Of a stretch of 64,000 nucleotides of DNA, positions 45,310 through 59,472 are shown one piece after another (within the stretch, counting starts at the first letter, position 1; each line of letters starts with the position of its first letter). Made by a program: the position numbers and the translations under genes. Where the stretch lies: NCBI GenBank assembly GCA_964016885.1, contig OZ024743.1:301754001-301818000 (forward strand), read 5' to 3'. This stretch comes from Eledone cirrhosa. Taxonomy: Eukaryota. The notes beneath the pieces are model-generated. The model searched no databases, was not told where the DNA came from, and saw only the letters and a program-made list of their open reading frames with translations.

Positions 45310-46184
45310 CATATGTATTGTTATATTTGAGGGTGGTCATGTTCCCAAACTTCCCAATAGAAATAAATAAACACATCTTATAAATTTTAATTTACATTTA
45401 CCGTTTTTCATTGATTTTCAATGTCATTTCTTGGCATATTTTGTGACCCCCTCAATGACTATCTGATTTCTGCATATCCCTGGTTTGAATTTTAACTTTT
45501 GTTTGTATTAAGTTTATCCTGTTTCGTGTATGGGCGCGTGTTTGTGTCAGAGATTTCGCCTCTGTTTTTGCATTTGTCATACCTTTATATGGTTTACGTG
45601 AAGGCCCCAAACAATGTCAGAACGAGAGAATATGTAGCGTGACTGTACGTTCTCATTGCAGAGTCTATCTTCTAAAATATTTCATAGAAATTAATTGAAT
45701 CTAATTACATCCATAAAGAGTATATCTGCCTGTGTTTATCGCAATTAGATATCCCTATGCGGATCCATATTGGAACCCAGGACCTCTGGTTGCAAATCTA
45801 CCGTCGCATGCTCACATTCGTGCATTCATATATATATATAAATATCAGGTTATATTACATTGAGTTACTCAACACAGAAAGCACAATGAACATTAAGCTC
45901 AGGGCATAATTTATACAAATTTAAAATATATACGAAAAATAATCTTTTATATATCTAGTTGAGAAACAACTAGTTTCATGTACATACATATAATGGCAAT
46001 CAATAAATGTAATATCTCACACAAAAAAGAATCAAGTCAAGATTGTCTAAGAATCTAGATTCTTACAATAAGCGAGTACATATATTAATTATCAGTATAT
46101 ATATATATATGTACATGATACTAGCTATTTGTTATCTGGATATATGAAAGAAAATATTTCGTATGTGACTTACATTTGTGTATG

Positions 46185-46237
<53 letters not shown>

Positions 46238-47179
46238 ATATATATATACATATATGTGTATACATATATATATATATATATTTGAGCGTGTGTGTGAGTG
46301 TGTGTGTATGTGCGTGTATGTGTGTAAAGCTATATGCAAGTTCCTGTAATTTAACTTCTCAGATTTACGGAATTGCACCAATATGTAATTTGTTCCAAAC
46401 TTTCGTTTCTTAATTGCACAAGTTTCAACTGATTTCTAAAGATATTTTCATAGTTAATTATCCATTTACATTTACTCTCCCATACAAAAATAAGTTATTT
46501 TTCCTCCTTTATATGTGGCAGAGTATTCATTAAAATGTAAATATCGGAATATTATGCAATTAAATTATCCATATCTGTATGTCTTCAGTAATTCTACTTC
46601 TTTTCAGATTAAACCATGAATTTACAGAGGCAATTGAGACTCCATATTTATTTTCTTACTTATTTATATTTCTGAATAAGTACCATTTTATTTTGCCTTA
46701 TTTTTCAGATGTTTAATTTTTTAAATTATTTTTTCTGCTAATGGCAGATTATCTGAAATAGTTTATTGAAAACGTTGTAGTTTAATTTAATGTGGTAATT
46801 GCTACGAAAATTATATTAAAAAATATATACAATAATCAAATATACAGAATAAATATCATACGCATTCTATTTTTCTGTTCGAATATAATTAGAGTTACAT
46901 TAACACGATTTTAATTAATTTTATACGGTATCTTTCTTTTGAAGTTTTACATGCAAACAAATAGAATTTGTACAGCGATAACAATATTCCGTAAAGCTAA
47001 ATAATTGTTTAATATAAAATATAAAACAATTATAACAGTGAATACCATAATTACAGTCATAGTAACGAAATAATAATAAAAATAACTTCTAGCAATCTTG
47101 TTCCTTTTATTGTTATATACATTAATATTGTATTAATATTATTCTTATTATTAAAATTTCGAATAAATATATTGGAATG

Positions 47180-48080
47180 TGTTTGATTAAGATAGTGTCA
47201 TTTCTAGTTTCCTCGAATGTAAGAACATAGTTGATGGATCAAGTAAGGAAACTTTGGATTGATGCTACATTTGGTTTTATATTTATGTCTTTCACATATC
47301 TATATATTCTGTTCGTAACATATTCTAATGCACCAATAACGATGGGTCTTACATTTGCAGAAACATGACACAATCTCCGTATCTCCCAAGCATTATTGAG
47401 GTACTTTTCAATCTTTCCTTGCTCCCTGTATGTCATGTACCTATCAGCAGAAAGAGGTTTCTAGAATCATGCTGACACATTGGCTGTAAAAAAAAAAAAA
47501 AAAAAAAAAGACAGGTATTCTAGCCTTTATTTCTTGTTCCGTGTCAGTTTGAACATGACGTCTCAAACCACTTTACATGATATTCATTCAATTTACCACT
47601 CACTTCAATCCATCAATTTCACAATATATCCCTGTGAACATATTAACTACACAACCATGGTGAGGTGCATATACTTTCTGTGCCAAGCTACTACACTTAA
47701 TTTAAATATGTGTTACGTATTCGTCATTTGCATTGCACATTCGGCATTTGGCATTCTCAAGAGCTTTGACTACATTCAATTTGATAAGATCGGGCCTTCA
47801 GTTTAATGACATTGAGTCTTCACTTTCTTCCGGCAACTCACGATTTTTCAACCTCGACCAACATTACTCTTCCCGCAAATCATTGGCTAATCTGAAATGT
47901 GCATACAAATCTTTCCTGTTTCGTCCTTCTGTACGCTTTTGCTCCTTCAACATCCACTACGTGGCTCAGAACAGAGGTGCCCCAAAAAGGAAATACATAA
48001 TATTTTTGTATAGTTGACATACGTATTTATCGACACCTTGAGTGCACGCAAGCTTAGATCATGTCATATGCACGGCATTC
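47180..48080 (-). mobile_element. R4/Dong-like LINE 3' fragment (CCHC + REL endonuclease)
   Basis: KCRMC..E.VTHI..C..LAQK.Y and EQGKIEKY..AWEIRRL..VRPIVIGAL. Confidence 0.78.
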
Positions 48081-49470
48081 ACAGATTGTGATTCCTAAAT
48101 AATAGAATATCAGGATCCTTGCATATTTTCAGTCTTGGTTACTAACTCAGCACTAGGGCAACATAATATGATATTAATTACCAATATCTATAACACAGCA
48201 TACATAAATCACAATAAAAGCGTATGTATCAATTCAAGTATATATTTATGTCATCCACGATCACTGTAAGAATTTATCCGTCCATAGTTATGTAAGGTAG
48301 CGTGGGAGAACGGTATGCTGCTGTATTCCAGGATCATTAGCTATCCTCATTGATTATTTTCACTATGATATGTAGCAAAGTAAGCTAGCAGCTTAAATAT
48401 AGACATTTCAAAACACATACCAAAACTCGCACAGACACACTTGGGTGGCAACAAACACATACCTATACATATTTATGAATTAAAAACAATTTAATACGAA
48501 TGAAAACATGAGAATAATAAAATGAAGTTATATAAGTCTTGATGCAATGGGATTATAGTTTAATTTTCGGAAGCTATTCCATCATCGGAAGATTGATGTG
48601 AAATAGAGAATTAAGAAGCAAAGAAATATCGATAAGAGTGAAAGCATATATTTCGTGCATATATAAAATTGCACATTTCAGTGTGAGGTCAGTGTGATGA
48701 ATAGATTTCGCAAGATGCTAAAGAAGGTTGTGAAATATATATATATATACATATATATAGAGAGAGAGATGTACATGTGAGTGTGTTTGGGGTTGTGAGG
48801 ATGTATATATGTGTGTGTGTTTGCGTGTGTTTGCGTTTCTGTTTCTATGTATATATTTTCTCTCCTAATAATTGTGATTATATCTTTGAAACGACGCATT
48901 CCCCTGGCAATGTTAGTGATAATTCCTTGACTCCGAAGACAGTTTTAAAAATTCTAAATGTTGAATATATCGCATCCATTTATAGTTCATGAAGTAAGGT
49001 GCGATGTTCTCTCCGTATAAATATACATTCAGTTATGCCTTCGTCCAGTTGGGTGGGGACCTAACCTGGAAACCCAATAACAACGTCTAGAAAATGTATC
49101 GTTTATCTTAAATGATGGATCTTCAAACTCCATTTCCTATACATATACTCTTGCTATAGAAACCCTCATAACAGAGGAACATTAAGTAAGCAATTGGCTT
49201 CTACAACCGGGCATGTTTTAATATGTAGTCCGAAACACAAATATCAGGTGGGCTATGATTTGATTTAGTGGCAATTGTTATTTTTGATTCCACCAATATT
49301 CCTTTCAGCCATCATTTTCGACATATTCCTCCCTATTTGATGAAATTTTCGTCATCAGTAATGCATACCAGATCATATTATCACATCTGGAAGTAGTACC
49401 GGGAATACATTCTTTCACATTTAGCAATGACATTACCAACATCTTTAACTTCACATTTACTTAGACAGAC

Positions 49471-49557
<87 letters not shown>

Positions 49558-49558
<1 letters not shown>

Positions 49559-51607
49559 TTGTTTATTTGCCACAAGGGTGCCCATGAAAAAGGGACAATA
49601 CAAAGACACATGCCGGGAATTTTACATACAGTCGTGTAAAAAAATATATAAAACAAACAAACAATTATAACAATTGAAATCCCGAATAGGGGGGATACGC
49701 CACAAATGGGTTGTTTAATACCACGCCGACAGAACAACCCTCAACTTCAGGAGCGTGTTGTGCAAGTGCTCCCTTCTTCCATGTGCTCTCTTCTTTAACC
49801 TACAAGCTTATAAACAGAGAAGGCCCAATTACTCGGGCCATTACGCTTCATTCACCCACCTTTCAGTAAATTTACTGGGGTGCAGTGCCTCTCTCTCCAC
49901 TCTGATTCTTCTTCTAAAATGATACTTAAAGAAGGGAATCAATTGTTGTCCGGAGTGAAATGAATCTGTCCTCAGTCCTCTCAATCTCGTCAACCATATA
50001 ACCTCTTTCACCATAGCCACTGTACATAGGAAAACCGCATCTCTTTCGTTTTTGAAAGAGGCTGGCGGTTTGATCCTTACTATGGACTCAGCAGTCAACT
50101 GGATTTGTCCCATACGCGAGAGCAGTTGTTCTGCATAGTTCCACAGGTCGCTTACGCCCGGGCAGTGTACAATTGCGTGCAAGACGGTTTCAATGTCCTG
50201 CTCGCATCTTCGACAAGTCCTCTTGGAAGGATACCTGCCGGGGCGTCCCTGCCTGTAGATCTTATCTCGAACGGGTAGAGATCATTGGTAGCACTGCCAG
50301 GCCATGGACCTCTGGAAGTTGTCCAGTGCTCCCGGGCGGAAAGTCCTAGCGAACAGTTTGGTGAGCTCGTCGTCTTCGACGCCTAGAGTCTCCTCAATCA
50401 CGTCGTCGCACTTGTAAATTAATAACCCTCTATAGAATGTCAAAGTGGAGTCTCCACTGATTGATGTGCCCGTTTGACAGAGGACTGTGAGCACCTGAGC
50501 GCATCCAATATGACAGGCGCCCATCTTCTTTGGTCTCCGCTTGACCCAGGACTGCAGCTCCGTCAGCGAGACAGGTTGGGGGAAGGCCTGTCTCACAAAC
50601 GGTGCCCATACCGGTTAGTGGTGAGGAATACCTGAAGATGACGTTGCTTCAGCGCATGTTTGCGCATGATTAGCCATGCATACCCAGCCCTCCGTTGGAA
50701 GGGTGTTGACAGCAGACGGATCTCCTCACGAGTGGAACCTGCTTCTGCCACAGGAACTGGAAGAGGATGCGTTCCATATTGGTGAGGTATTCACGGGTAC
50801 AAGGCGCGACAGTCAAGCGGTAGTAGATGACGGACGCTATGAAAGTGTTGGCCACCTCCGCTCGACCTTTCAAAGCCAGTTTGCACTCTGCCCACTTCTG
50901 GGTGAGCGCAAATACCTTGGCCATGACCTCGTTCCAGTTTTTCTCCACCTGGAAGTTTGGACCGAACCAGACCCCGAGCAATTTCACCGGTCCTTCCGTA
51001 CAGCGTCCGACGACGCTGTTGGACGGCATCGGTTTGCCTTCCACGTTCCGACTTGTCCGGGTTCAGCTTTGCTTCTGTGAAACTTTTGTATTCCTGTAGT
51101 AGGTTGCCTATTTCCTCGATTTCCGAGGTTTTCTACACCATTACAGTCACATCGTCAGCATAAGCCGTCGCCGCTTTTCACAGTCCCGGTTCTAAAGGGA
51201 TACCCTGCAAAAGCTCCAACTTCTGCAGTAGTGGCTCTAGAGTCAAGACGTACAGAATGGAGGAGAGAGGACATCCCTGTCGAATGGAACGCGTGATTGC
51301 GAACGGCTCCGATATGTAGCCGTTCACCTTGACCTTCGAGCAGTTGCTGGTGTGCATAGCCTTGATCCAGCCTCTGAAAACGGGACCGAAACCGGCCGCC
51401 TTGAGAACCGCTTCCATGTATCGATGGTCGACCCTATCGAATGCCTTGGACTGATCTAAATTGATTAGAGCTCCACCGAAGCCGGGTTTACACCCCACCC
51501 TCTCTATGATGTATCGCATGAGGTGGACGTTGTCGTGTATGGACCTAGTCGGGATTGCACACGTTTGGCTTTCTCTACCTGGTTTTCGACGAGAAGCGCC
51601 AGCTTCG
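49558..51607 (-). mobile_element. 5'-truncated, decayed Tx1-clade LINE (RT through 3'UTR) inserted in (GATA)n
   Basis: Broken ORFs 51178-51675, 50670-51044, 50282-50596 and 49841-50182 align to ORF2 above (DQSKAFDRVDH, RQGCPLS); (GATA)n on both flanks. Confidence 0.92.
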
Positions 51608-52599
51608 ATAGATAGATAGATATATAGGTTGATATATTGATAGATAGATAGAAAGATGGATATATAGTAAACCATTATTTCTGTCCGAAATTGAGGCAGT
51701 CTCTGTGTTTCTATATGTAATAGGAATCGATATATTCCAAATTATATATTCCCTGATGTAAAGATTTTGAATATCGATTATGAAGACATATCAAACGCCT
51801 TGGAAAATGATAACATTCCATTCCGGATTTCTTTTGTACAGAAGATTCTACAAAAGTGTACTTTGTTAATCCATCAAATTTGTAATCATAAATGTATAAT
51901 ATATTCTATATATCGTAAATATAGATTTGGACGAATTTGGTGTTGTACCACCGGATGTGAATAGCTTGAGGAAATATTGTATAATTATGAATAAATACTT
52001 CAGTGGATGTTAAAACATCAGAATACATATATGTAATGGAGAAGTTTACAAATCTATAAATTTATGAAATTCTGAAGACATAAAACTAATGAAATAGAAA
52101 CAGTTGATACTTAAATATATTTATGAAAAAAGGAAAGTATTATTGTAAAATGACTTTACTGCAATGGTATTGTATATTTGAATATATATTATAATTTGAA
52201 CATATGTTTTTATATTTGTTCTATTTTGCAGTCCAATACATTGAACAATTAAATGAGACTGGACTGATAACTGCCTAATGTGCATGTGCATATGCAACTT
52301 TTGTACTTCGTAATTGGCCTCGTGCAAGACAATTGCAAGGTATGGAGATTGTAACATATGTATCATGTATTTATGCACATAAAACGAAATATATTTACAT
52401 GAACATATTTTATAGGGAGAAAGAAGATATTCGACTGGTTGAATATATAATATCAGTATATACATAAACATGTCTCAGATTTACTATTAGCTGCAGGCAT
52501 ATGGAACGACCACAATAGAGGCTAGTAAAATAATAATATTAATAATAACAATAACGGGGAATTGTTGATAGAAATATAAACCAACATGACATAAAAGCC

Positions 52600-52900
52600 T
52601 TAAGAAACAGGATTCTCGCATCCTTCACTTCTTTTTTTAGAACGAATGAACGGGAAAATTCCCTATTACACATTGATATGTATTTTGGTGTCGGCCATAA
52701 ATACAGTCACCATTTTAACAGACCCATGGTGATAATAAGATATTCCTGCACCAAATATTAAATTCCACAACCAAATTGCTCACACGAATTCTCAAACATT
52801 CATTTGCCCATGGAGTTAACCTGAAATATGCCAGGTAACACTGGAATCATAATTATTATGCACCAATCAGAGCCACCCATGAGAAACCTGGATATATGTA
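52600..52900 (-). mobile_element. Possible very old R4/Dong-like RT fragment
   Basis: Faint YDS..W.NECL....KW*..INV**GIF resembles AYDS..WI.ECL..W..I..GIFQGD. Confidence 0.33.
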
Positions 52901-53695
52901 AGTATATACGTGGGTCTCTTTTCAAAAGCCACCATTTACTTAAACATGAAATCGCATTTATGGACAGAGAGAATAGTTCTGACACCAAAAAAACAAGCCG
53001 CCTGTTACTGGCACAGATTTCTCGATTAAATCTACATTCGTATAACGATTAAGATGGTATATATATGGCTCGAAGAAGAGTTATTGATGCACAGATCATT
53101 CTAAAAAGACATATATTCCAATAAGAGATGCTTGAATACACGTTTGGATTTCTGCAAACGCGGCCATATCAAACGGAATGCATTTTAAAGACTTGGTCGA
53201 GGTCGGAATGATACTAATGGACCTTCTTCTTGAGGAACTTTGCGGCCTATACTTTAAATGTGTCTCTATTTCACTGAAACATTAATTATCCCTTGTTACT
53301 AACTCATGTTATATAACTCTCAGTTTATCTAGATGTTATCTAAATCTGTAGTCCCGCGTATTTGACAACATAAATGCATCACTTTACTCTAATATGTCTT
53401 GTACGTAACACATTATATGGAAAATCAATCGTCCATGATGTGTCGAACCGATGAGTTGGCATATTGAAATACGCTAATGTCACGCGCGTATTCACGTTAT
53501 GCTGTTTTTGTAATGTACATCACAACTCGACACACACACACATAAACATACATAAACACACACAAATAAACATACATATATTTACTTTCTTTATTCAATA
53601 GAAAATCTGAATTCTGACACCCCAGCGAACTAACCATATTCACTGAACCAGAACAATTCTCCAATCCCTTTCTCTTGACCATTATCTTTCACTTT

Positions 53696-53884
53696 GGCGG
53701 TGGATTGGCAGTATCGGTAGAGGGTCGGACGCCATTCTTTCCAGCATAGTTACGTCCCTTTACGATCTGAGTTCAAATCCCGCCGAGGTTAACTTTGCCT
53801 TTCATCCTTACGGGGTCGATAAAATAAAGTACCAGTAATGCACTGAGTAATTGCTGGCCTTGTGCCTAAAGTAGAAACAATTAT
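53696..53884 (+). mobile_element. Young SINE copy with 14-bp TSD
   Basis: TSD attatctttcactt at 53681-53694 and 53880-53893. Confidence 0.94.
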
Positions 53885-54272
53885 CTTTCACTTATCAAAA
53901 CATTCTCTAAAAAGACTACAGAATGGATTTCCAAATAAGGGCACACAAATTTAATGAAAACTTGTTCACGTGACAGCCATAATTTCATTCATAACCAACC
54001 AAAAAAAACCTTCGTGAGCCTCCTTTTTCAAGTAAAAAGAAATTCAAACACTCATATATAAAAAAAACGACATGTGACAACCCCCCCCCCCCCTCTTATT
54101 TGAAGAACTATTGTAACGCGAACTGGCGCGAAATTTATTATAATTATTGACAAACCAATCAAATTACTTCTCGAAAAACCTGGCATTTCGAGCCACTTTT
54201 TCCATATAAAACAAGTAACATTCAGAGACAAACTAGATGTGAGAAAAACCACAGACCCTCCATCTCAACTCA

Positions 54273-54310
54273 CCTTTTGAAAAGTAGAAGAACTGCGAAA
54301 CCGGTAAAGG
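54273..54310 (+). ncRNA. Type I hammerhead, U3-A8 core variant (solo pLTR fragment 54241-54325)
   Basis: cctt-TTGAAAA-gtag(aagaa)ctgc-GAAA-ccgg-TA-aagg. Confidence 0.7.
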
Positions 54311-54320
54311 AACCAAATAA

Positions 54321-54738
<418 letters not shown>

Positions 54739-55130
54739 AGACAAAGTCATAGATATCTTTTTGACAACAATTCACGATGTGGCTCAATGATGAATTAATA
54801 AATTAAATAATCAGAGCAATATACTATAAATTATTTCCTTGGAATCATATGATAAGATATATACCTAATGTCCACTACCAATTAGCATAATCAACCCCAC
54901 AGAAAAACAATTAAACCAGGCTATAATGGTAAAAGAAACCTGTGAAGAAATAATAGATAAATAAATGATAGCCATCTATTCGCTATCAACTCCCATATCA
55001 TATTCACCCAGCGTATCACTAGCACGTGGAAATCGATTAAATATATCATCAATAGTACACAATTAGGTATATAATTAAAGTTAGAAGAAAAAATGTATAT
55101 ATATATACCAGGACTATATATATATATATA

Positions 55131-55901
55131 CGTGGGAAAGTAAAAAATCGGGAATAGACCGTTAAAACATGTTTATTTAAAATATCACCTACGTACGTTT
55201 CGCCCAGTTGGGCTTCTCAAGGGCATAAATAATCACAAGTGTTCCTTATATTGCTCGGAAAGAGTTTTTTTGGTTAAATCCACATCAAGGTTCATTGCTC
55301 GCAAAAATATCTTGTTTTGATTTTGCAGCAGGTCAAGAGAGGTAACACTGGCCGGTGTTAGGGCAGTCTTTCCCGGACAATTTTTTTTTTTTTTTTTTGC
55401 CGCATCCGTTTGTCTGAGGCTGGGTCTGGTATGGAAGGATTGTTTCTTGGGTGTTATTTTGCAGCACCTACCCGCCGGCGTGTTAAGACTTGTTGCAGGG
55501 AGATCCAGTGTACTATTTCACTCTTCATCCTTAACCCATCTGAAGAAGGATATTTTTAAGCGATGTGTACAACTTATCGCTGTTTCAGCTCTGTTGTTGA
55601 TGAGCTCGTGTGGTGCAGTTATGATGTGGTAGAGCTCCATGAGGCAAAGATCGTATTTCCTCTTGAAGTTGTACGGTGCAGCCCTGCCGACAATCTCCCA
55701 GTGCGTGGAGAAGCTGATGTTTAAGTCCTTTAGTGATGTGATGTAGTCCGCGAGCGAAGTGGAGTGCCTTAGTTTTCTATTTGTGAAAGAGTGGAGATGT
55801 GTTCGAAACCTAATTTTAAACGGGCCGGAGGTGGCCCCTATATAATGTTTAACGCTATTGTGGCTAGTAATAGTGCATCTATATATAACCCTATCAGTCA
55901 A
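55131..55901 (-). mobile_element. Naiad-type PLE 3' fragment (family D): GIY-YIG end + pLTR with hammerhead
   Basis: ORF 55518-55901 VIYRC..YIGAT..FKIRFRTH..TSLADY..DLC..E..SCTH; (TA)n flanks. Confidence 0.85.
55184..55226 (-). ncRNA. Type I hammerhead, U3-A8 core variant (Naiad family D)
   Basis: cc-TTGAGAA-gccc(aact)gggc-GAAA-cgtacg-TA-gg; stem I short. Confidence 0.65.
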
Positions 55902-56087
55902 GCAGTATCCTCTCTATATATATATATATATATAACCTTTGAGTATATGTTGGTTGTTTACCGACACCTCAATATGCAGATTAGAGCATTCCACGAGGTA
56001 CGCAGCTTGGTTTGGTTACACCGGAGTAATGTAAAATAAAATAATTAAGTCAAATATTTAGAATTTGGCTTCGTTTATTAAAGATGT

Positions 56088-56142
56088 ACTGCTATATACA
56101 TTTCGGTGGCAGCCATTATTGGCTGTGACGTCTTCAGGCAGT
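56088..56142 (-). ncRNA. Type I hammerhead ribozyme in left arm of a 460-bp palindrome
   Basis: actgc-CTGAAGA-..cagcca(ataa)tggctg..-GAAA-tgtata-TA-gcagt; right-arm copy (56385-56439) has a mutated core. Confidence 0.78.
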
Positions 56143-56499
56143 CCAAATTGGCGTGGTAGAGACAAGTACACATGGTGTTGAAGTGTTTTATTCCGTCAAT
56201 ACTCCGATATACCCAGCTGGTGGTTGGGTTGTTATTTCTCAGAAGAACTGGAATCATATGGAATCAGATATGATTCCAGTTCGTCAGAGAAATAACAACC
56301 GAACCAGGAGCTGCACATATCGGAGTATTGACGGAGTAAAACACTTTAACAACATGTGTATCTGTCTCTAACACACCAATTCGGACGGTCTCAAAGGGTC
56401 ACAGCCAATGATGGCTGTCACCGAAATATATATAGCAGTATATCTTTAATAAACAAAGCCAAATTTTAAATAGTTGACTTAATTATTTTATTTTTATAA

Positions 56500-56615
56500 G
56501 GTGTGTGGCGGAGTGGTTAAAGAATTGGATTCGCAATCGTAAGGTTGTGAGTTCGATTCCTGGACCAGGCGATGCGTTATGTCCTTGAGCAAGACACTTT
56601 ACTTCACGTTGCTCC
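56500..56615 (+). mobile_element. tRNA-derived CORE-type SINE, 3'-truncated
   Basis: TGGCGGAGTGG A box, GTTCGATTCC B box, GTCCTTGAGCAAGACACTT core. Confidence 0.78.
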
Positions 56616-56879
56616 TTCTACCTGGAGTTGCGACCGATAGATATTATTAGCAATTGGAAAGACCAACGGAAACATTGTTCCCTCGGTCCGATTTGACGAA
56701 AGTCGATCGTTAAAGATATATATATATATATATTGTTATACTTGGGGAGGGTCATATTTGTTAAATTGTTGGGATACAACAAGCAAATATTTGTATAACT
56801 GATATAAAGCACTCAACAAATATTTGGATTAAAAATATGATATTAACAAATGGAAACTATATTTATAAAACCATATGTA

Positions 56880-56940
56880 TTTCATTATACATATTTCAAG
56901 GACACCAAGTTAAATTATGGTGTGCTTTCATCAGATAAAA
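56880..56940 (-). ncRNA. Type I hammerhead ribozyme in Naiad family E pLTR
   Basis: ttttat-CTGATGA-aagcacacca...tggtgtcctt-GAAA-tatgta-TA-atgaaa; 6-bp stem I, about 9-bp stem II. Confidence 0.8.
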
Positions 56941-57765
56941 TATAATATAGAGCAGTTTTATAAATAAATATTGACATAACCTTAAATAATGCAACCATTA
57001 CTGTTTAAGCTCCCGGATAGTGGAGTTATAACTTTAAATATATTATTAGGTAAGTTGGTATTGGATATTTTAAAATAAGCCGTTGGGTTACGGAGAAAGA
57101 GAAAGAGAAAGAGCAGAACAACAGGGAAAAAAGAAAAAGAGAGAGGTGACAGAGAAAAGGAGAGAGAACGAAAACTCTAAGTCATATCTTGTTGAGTTAT
57201 CTTAACATTTTTATGAAATGAATAAATAAAATTAGAAATGTTAATAATCATGAATGTAATATACATATATATAATATGAGAAATTTAACCATTGTTTAAA
57301 TATGATTTGATGTTTAGTTAATCAGTTAAATATGGAGATCATACATTACAAATTGGGATCTATATATTAATAAATATGTATATTATTATTAGGAATATAT
57401 TGTTAAAAATCTATATATTATATAACACGTATACACACACAAAAATACATACATATAAATATATATACACACACGTATAAAAATATATATACATATCTAA
57501 CTACGTATATAATATATACATACAAAATATAAAGGATTCTTTAATTTAAGATATAGGAGTCTTTTAAAATCAGAGAAAGTTATTTCAATATAATCTCAAA
57601 GCAGCGTGAAGGAAAATTACGTTATTTAGTTTTATCAATGTTACAATTTTTAAGATATTAAAGGAAATGTTATGTTATAAACACTTTATGCTATTAAACA
57701 AATTTGTTTAATATAAGTTTTATAAGATTACCTGTTATGTATTTATGACTGTTATTATATGGCTA

Positions 57766-57885
57766 TTCTGAGTTCAAATCCCGCCGAGGTTAACTTTGCC
57801 TTTCATCCTTACGGGGTCGATAAAATAAAGTACCAGTAATGTACTGGGTAATTTCTGGCCTTGTGCCAATAGTAGAAACAATTAT
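57766..57885 (+). mobile_element. 5'-truncated SINE nested in Naiad family E 3' region
   Basis: Consensus match from the B box onward. Confidence 0.9.
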
Positions 57886-59472
57886 ATGTCTATTTGTCAC
57901 GAAACTTGGGATAATCCCTATAAATAAGTGCAATCGAATCGTATGGATATACACATACATATACATACATCATTCCTACATATATATATATGTACCCATA
58001 CAAACAGGTAGATACGCATCACGTAAACATATACATACAGATATACATACACGCATAAAACATATGTACATGTATATCAATACATACATACGCACATATA
58101 TACACACATATATATACACACATATAGAGAGAGAAGTATATATAAATAAAAGTATATATAAATACAGAACATAGTATAATTAAAGTACATAAAATTGAAA
58201 AGAATTATATTGCGATTTGGAAATATAATTATAAGTAATATAACTTTAAAAATATTCTATAATATTTCAAGTTATGATTTCAAAATAATAATATGTTTAA
58301 TAGATTTAGTATAGAAATGTTCTACGTATATTTAACTTAATTTTATATCCATAAGAGAAATAAACAGAAACTTTCAACATATAAACTTTCGAAAATAGGT
58401 GAAACTATCAAACAATAAAAAATAAAAAATAAAAAATAAAAATAATATTTTCCCCTTTTAAGAGCTTTCAGTATATTTCTCTAGAATAGTTTATTATATT
58501 TATTTATATTTAGGAAGAAAAGTTTTTTTTTACTTGAGTGTATAAGCAGTCAAAAAAACATGAAGGAATCTACTGATTTAACCACAGGTACAATATATTA
58601 ATAGAATTAATAAATTATATATTACATTTTAAATTTATATTTAAACGTTGAGTTTAATCTATGGCTACAGCAACTGAATAAATTGTTCCTTAAGTTGAGG
58701 GAATTTTTGGTCTTTAATATAAATAATATTTCCTCTATACAAAGATCACAATTTTCTGAAGAGGAGTTAAAAGGAGTGGCTTACGAAATAATATTCCAAA
58801 TCAAGGAATATTCAACGTTTTTTAGTTTGAGGTCCCATAATAGGCTAGATAGAGAAGTTGAAGATTTTTTGTTTGGATCTGTAAAAGAATGTTTATGATT
58901 ATTGAAGCGGGATTTAAACTCTGTAGAAGTGGATCCCACATAATTAAATGAATTTAAATTAGTTTTTACATTATAATTATATACTCTATTTTTAGCAAAG
59001 CAATTGTTATTTAACGGACAGTTAGATTTATTTCTACAGTTACATTTATCAAATTGGATATTGCTTGGGTTATTGTTGGTATTTTGGTTAGGTTTTAAAT
59101 TTCTATTATCAATTCTATTAATATTTTGCGCAAATTTTTTGGTGGAAGAATAAGTTAATTTTATAGTATGTCTATTAAAAATTGAGTAATATTTATGTGT
59201 TCTAGGGAAGCATTTGTCAAGAGCTTTAAAAAATAGTTTGGCAATAGGGGTTTTAATATTTAATGAGAAAGGAGGAGCGAAGCATAATATGTATATATAT
59301 GTCTCCGCTCTCTCTTTCTTTTTCTCTCTGTTGTTCTGCTCTTTCTCTTTCTCTTTCTCCGTAACCCAACGGCTTATTTAAAAATATCCAATACCAACTT
59401 ACCTAATAAAATAATTAAAGTTATAACTCCACTATCCGGGAGCTTCCAACAGTAATGGTTGCATTATTTAAT

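Larger units (their letters stand above)
56732..59472 (-). mobile_element. Naiad-type PLE (family E), 5'-truncated, long AT-rich 3' region, inverted pLTR piece at 5' end
   Basis: Manual translation of 59290 to about 58625 (absent from the ORF track): CFAPPFSLNIKT..FPRTHKYYSIFNRHTIKLTYS..CNCRNKSNCPL..YVGSTSTEFKSRFNNHKHSF..CDLCIEE; 59300-59472 is an inverted copy of about 56980-57150. Confidence 0.88.

Noticed and set aside
52690-52820. Small host exons (LTPWANECLRIR / EYLYYHHGSVKM) on the minus strand
   Set aside because: The implied intron is only 38 nt; better explained as a decayed R4-like RT
56500-56575. tRNA gene
   Set aside because: A and B boxes are present but there is no proper cloverleaf and it continues into a CORE domain, so it is a SINE head; the same applies to the tRNA-like fragment at about 15085-15147(-)
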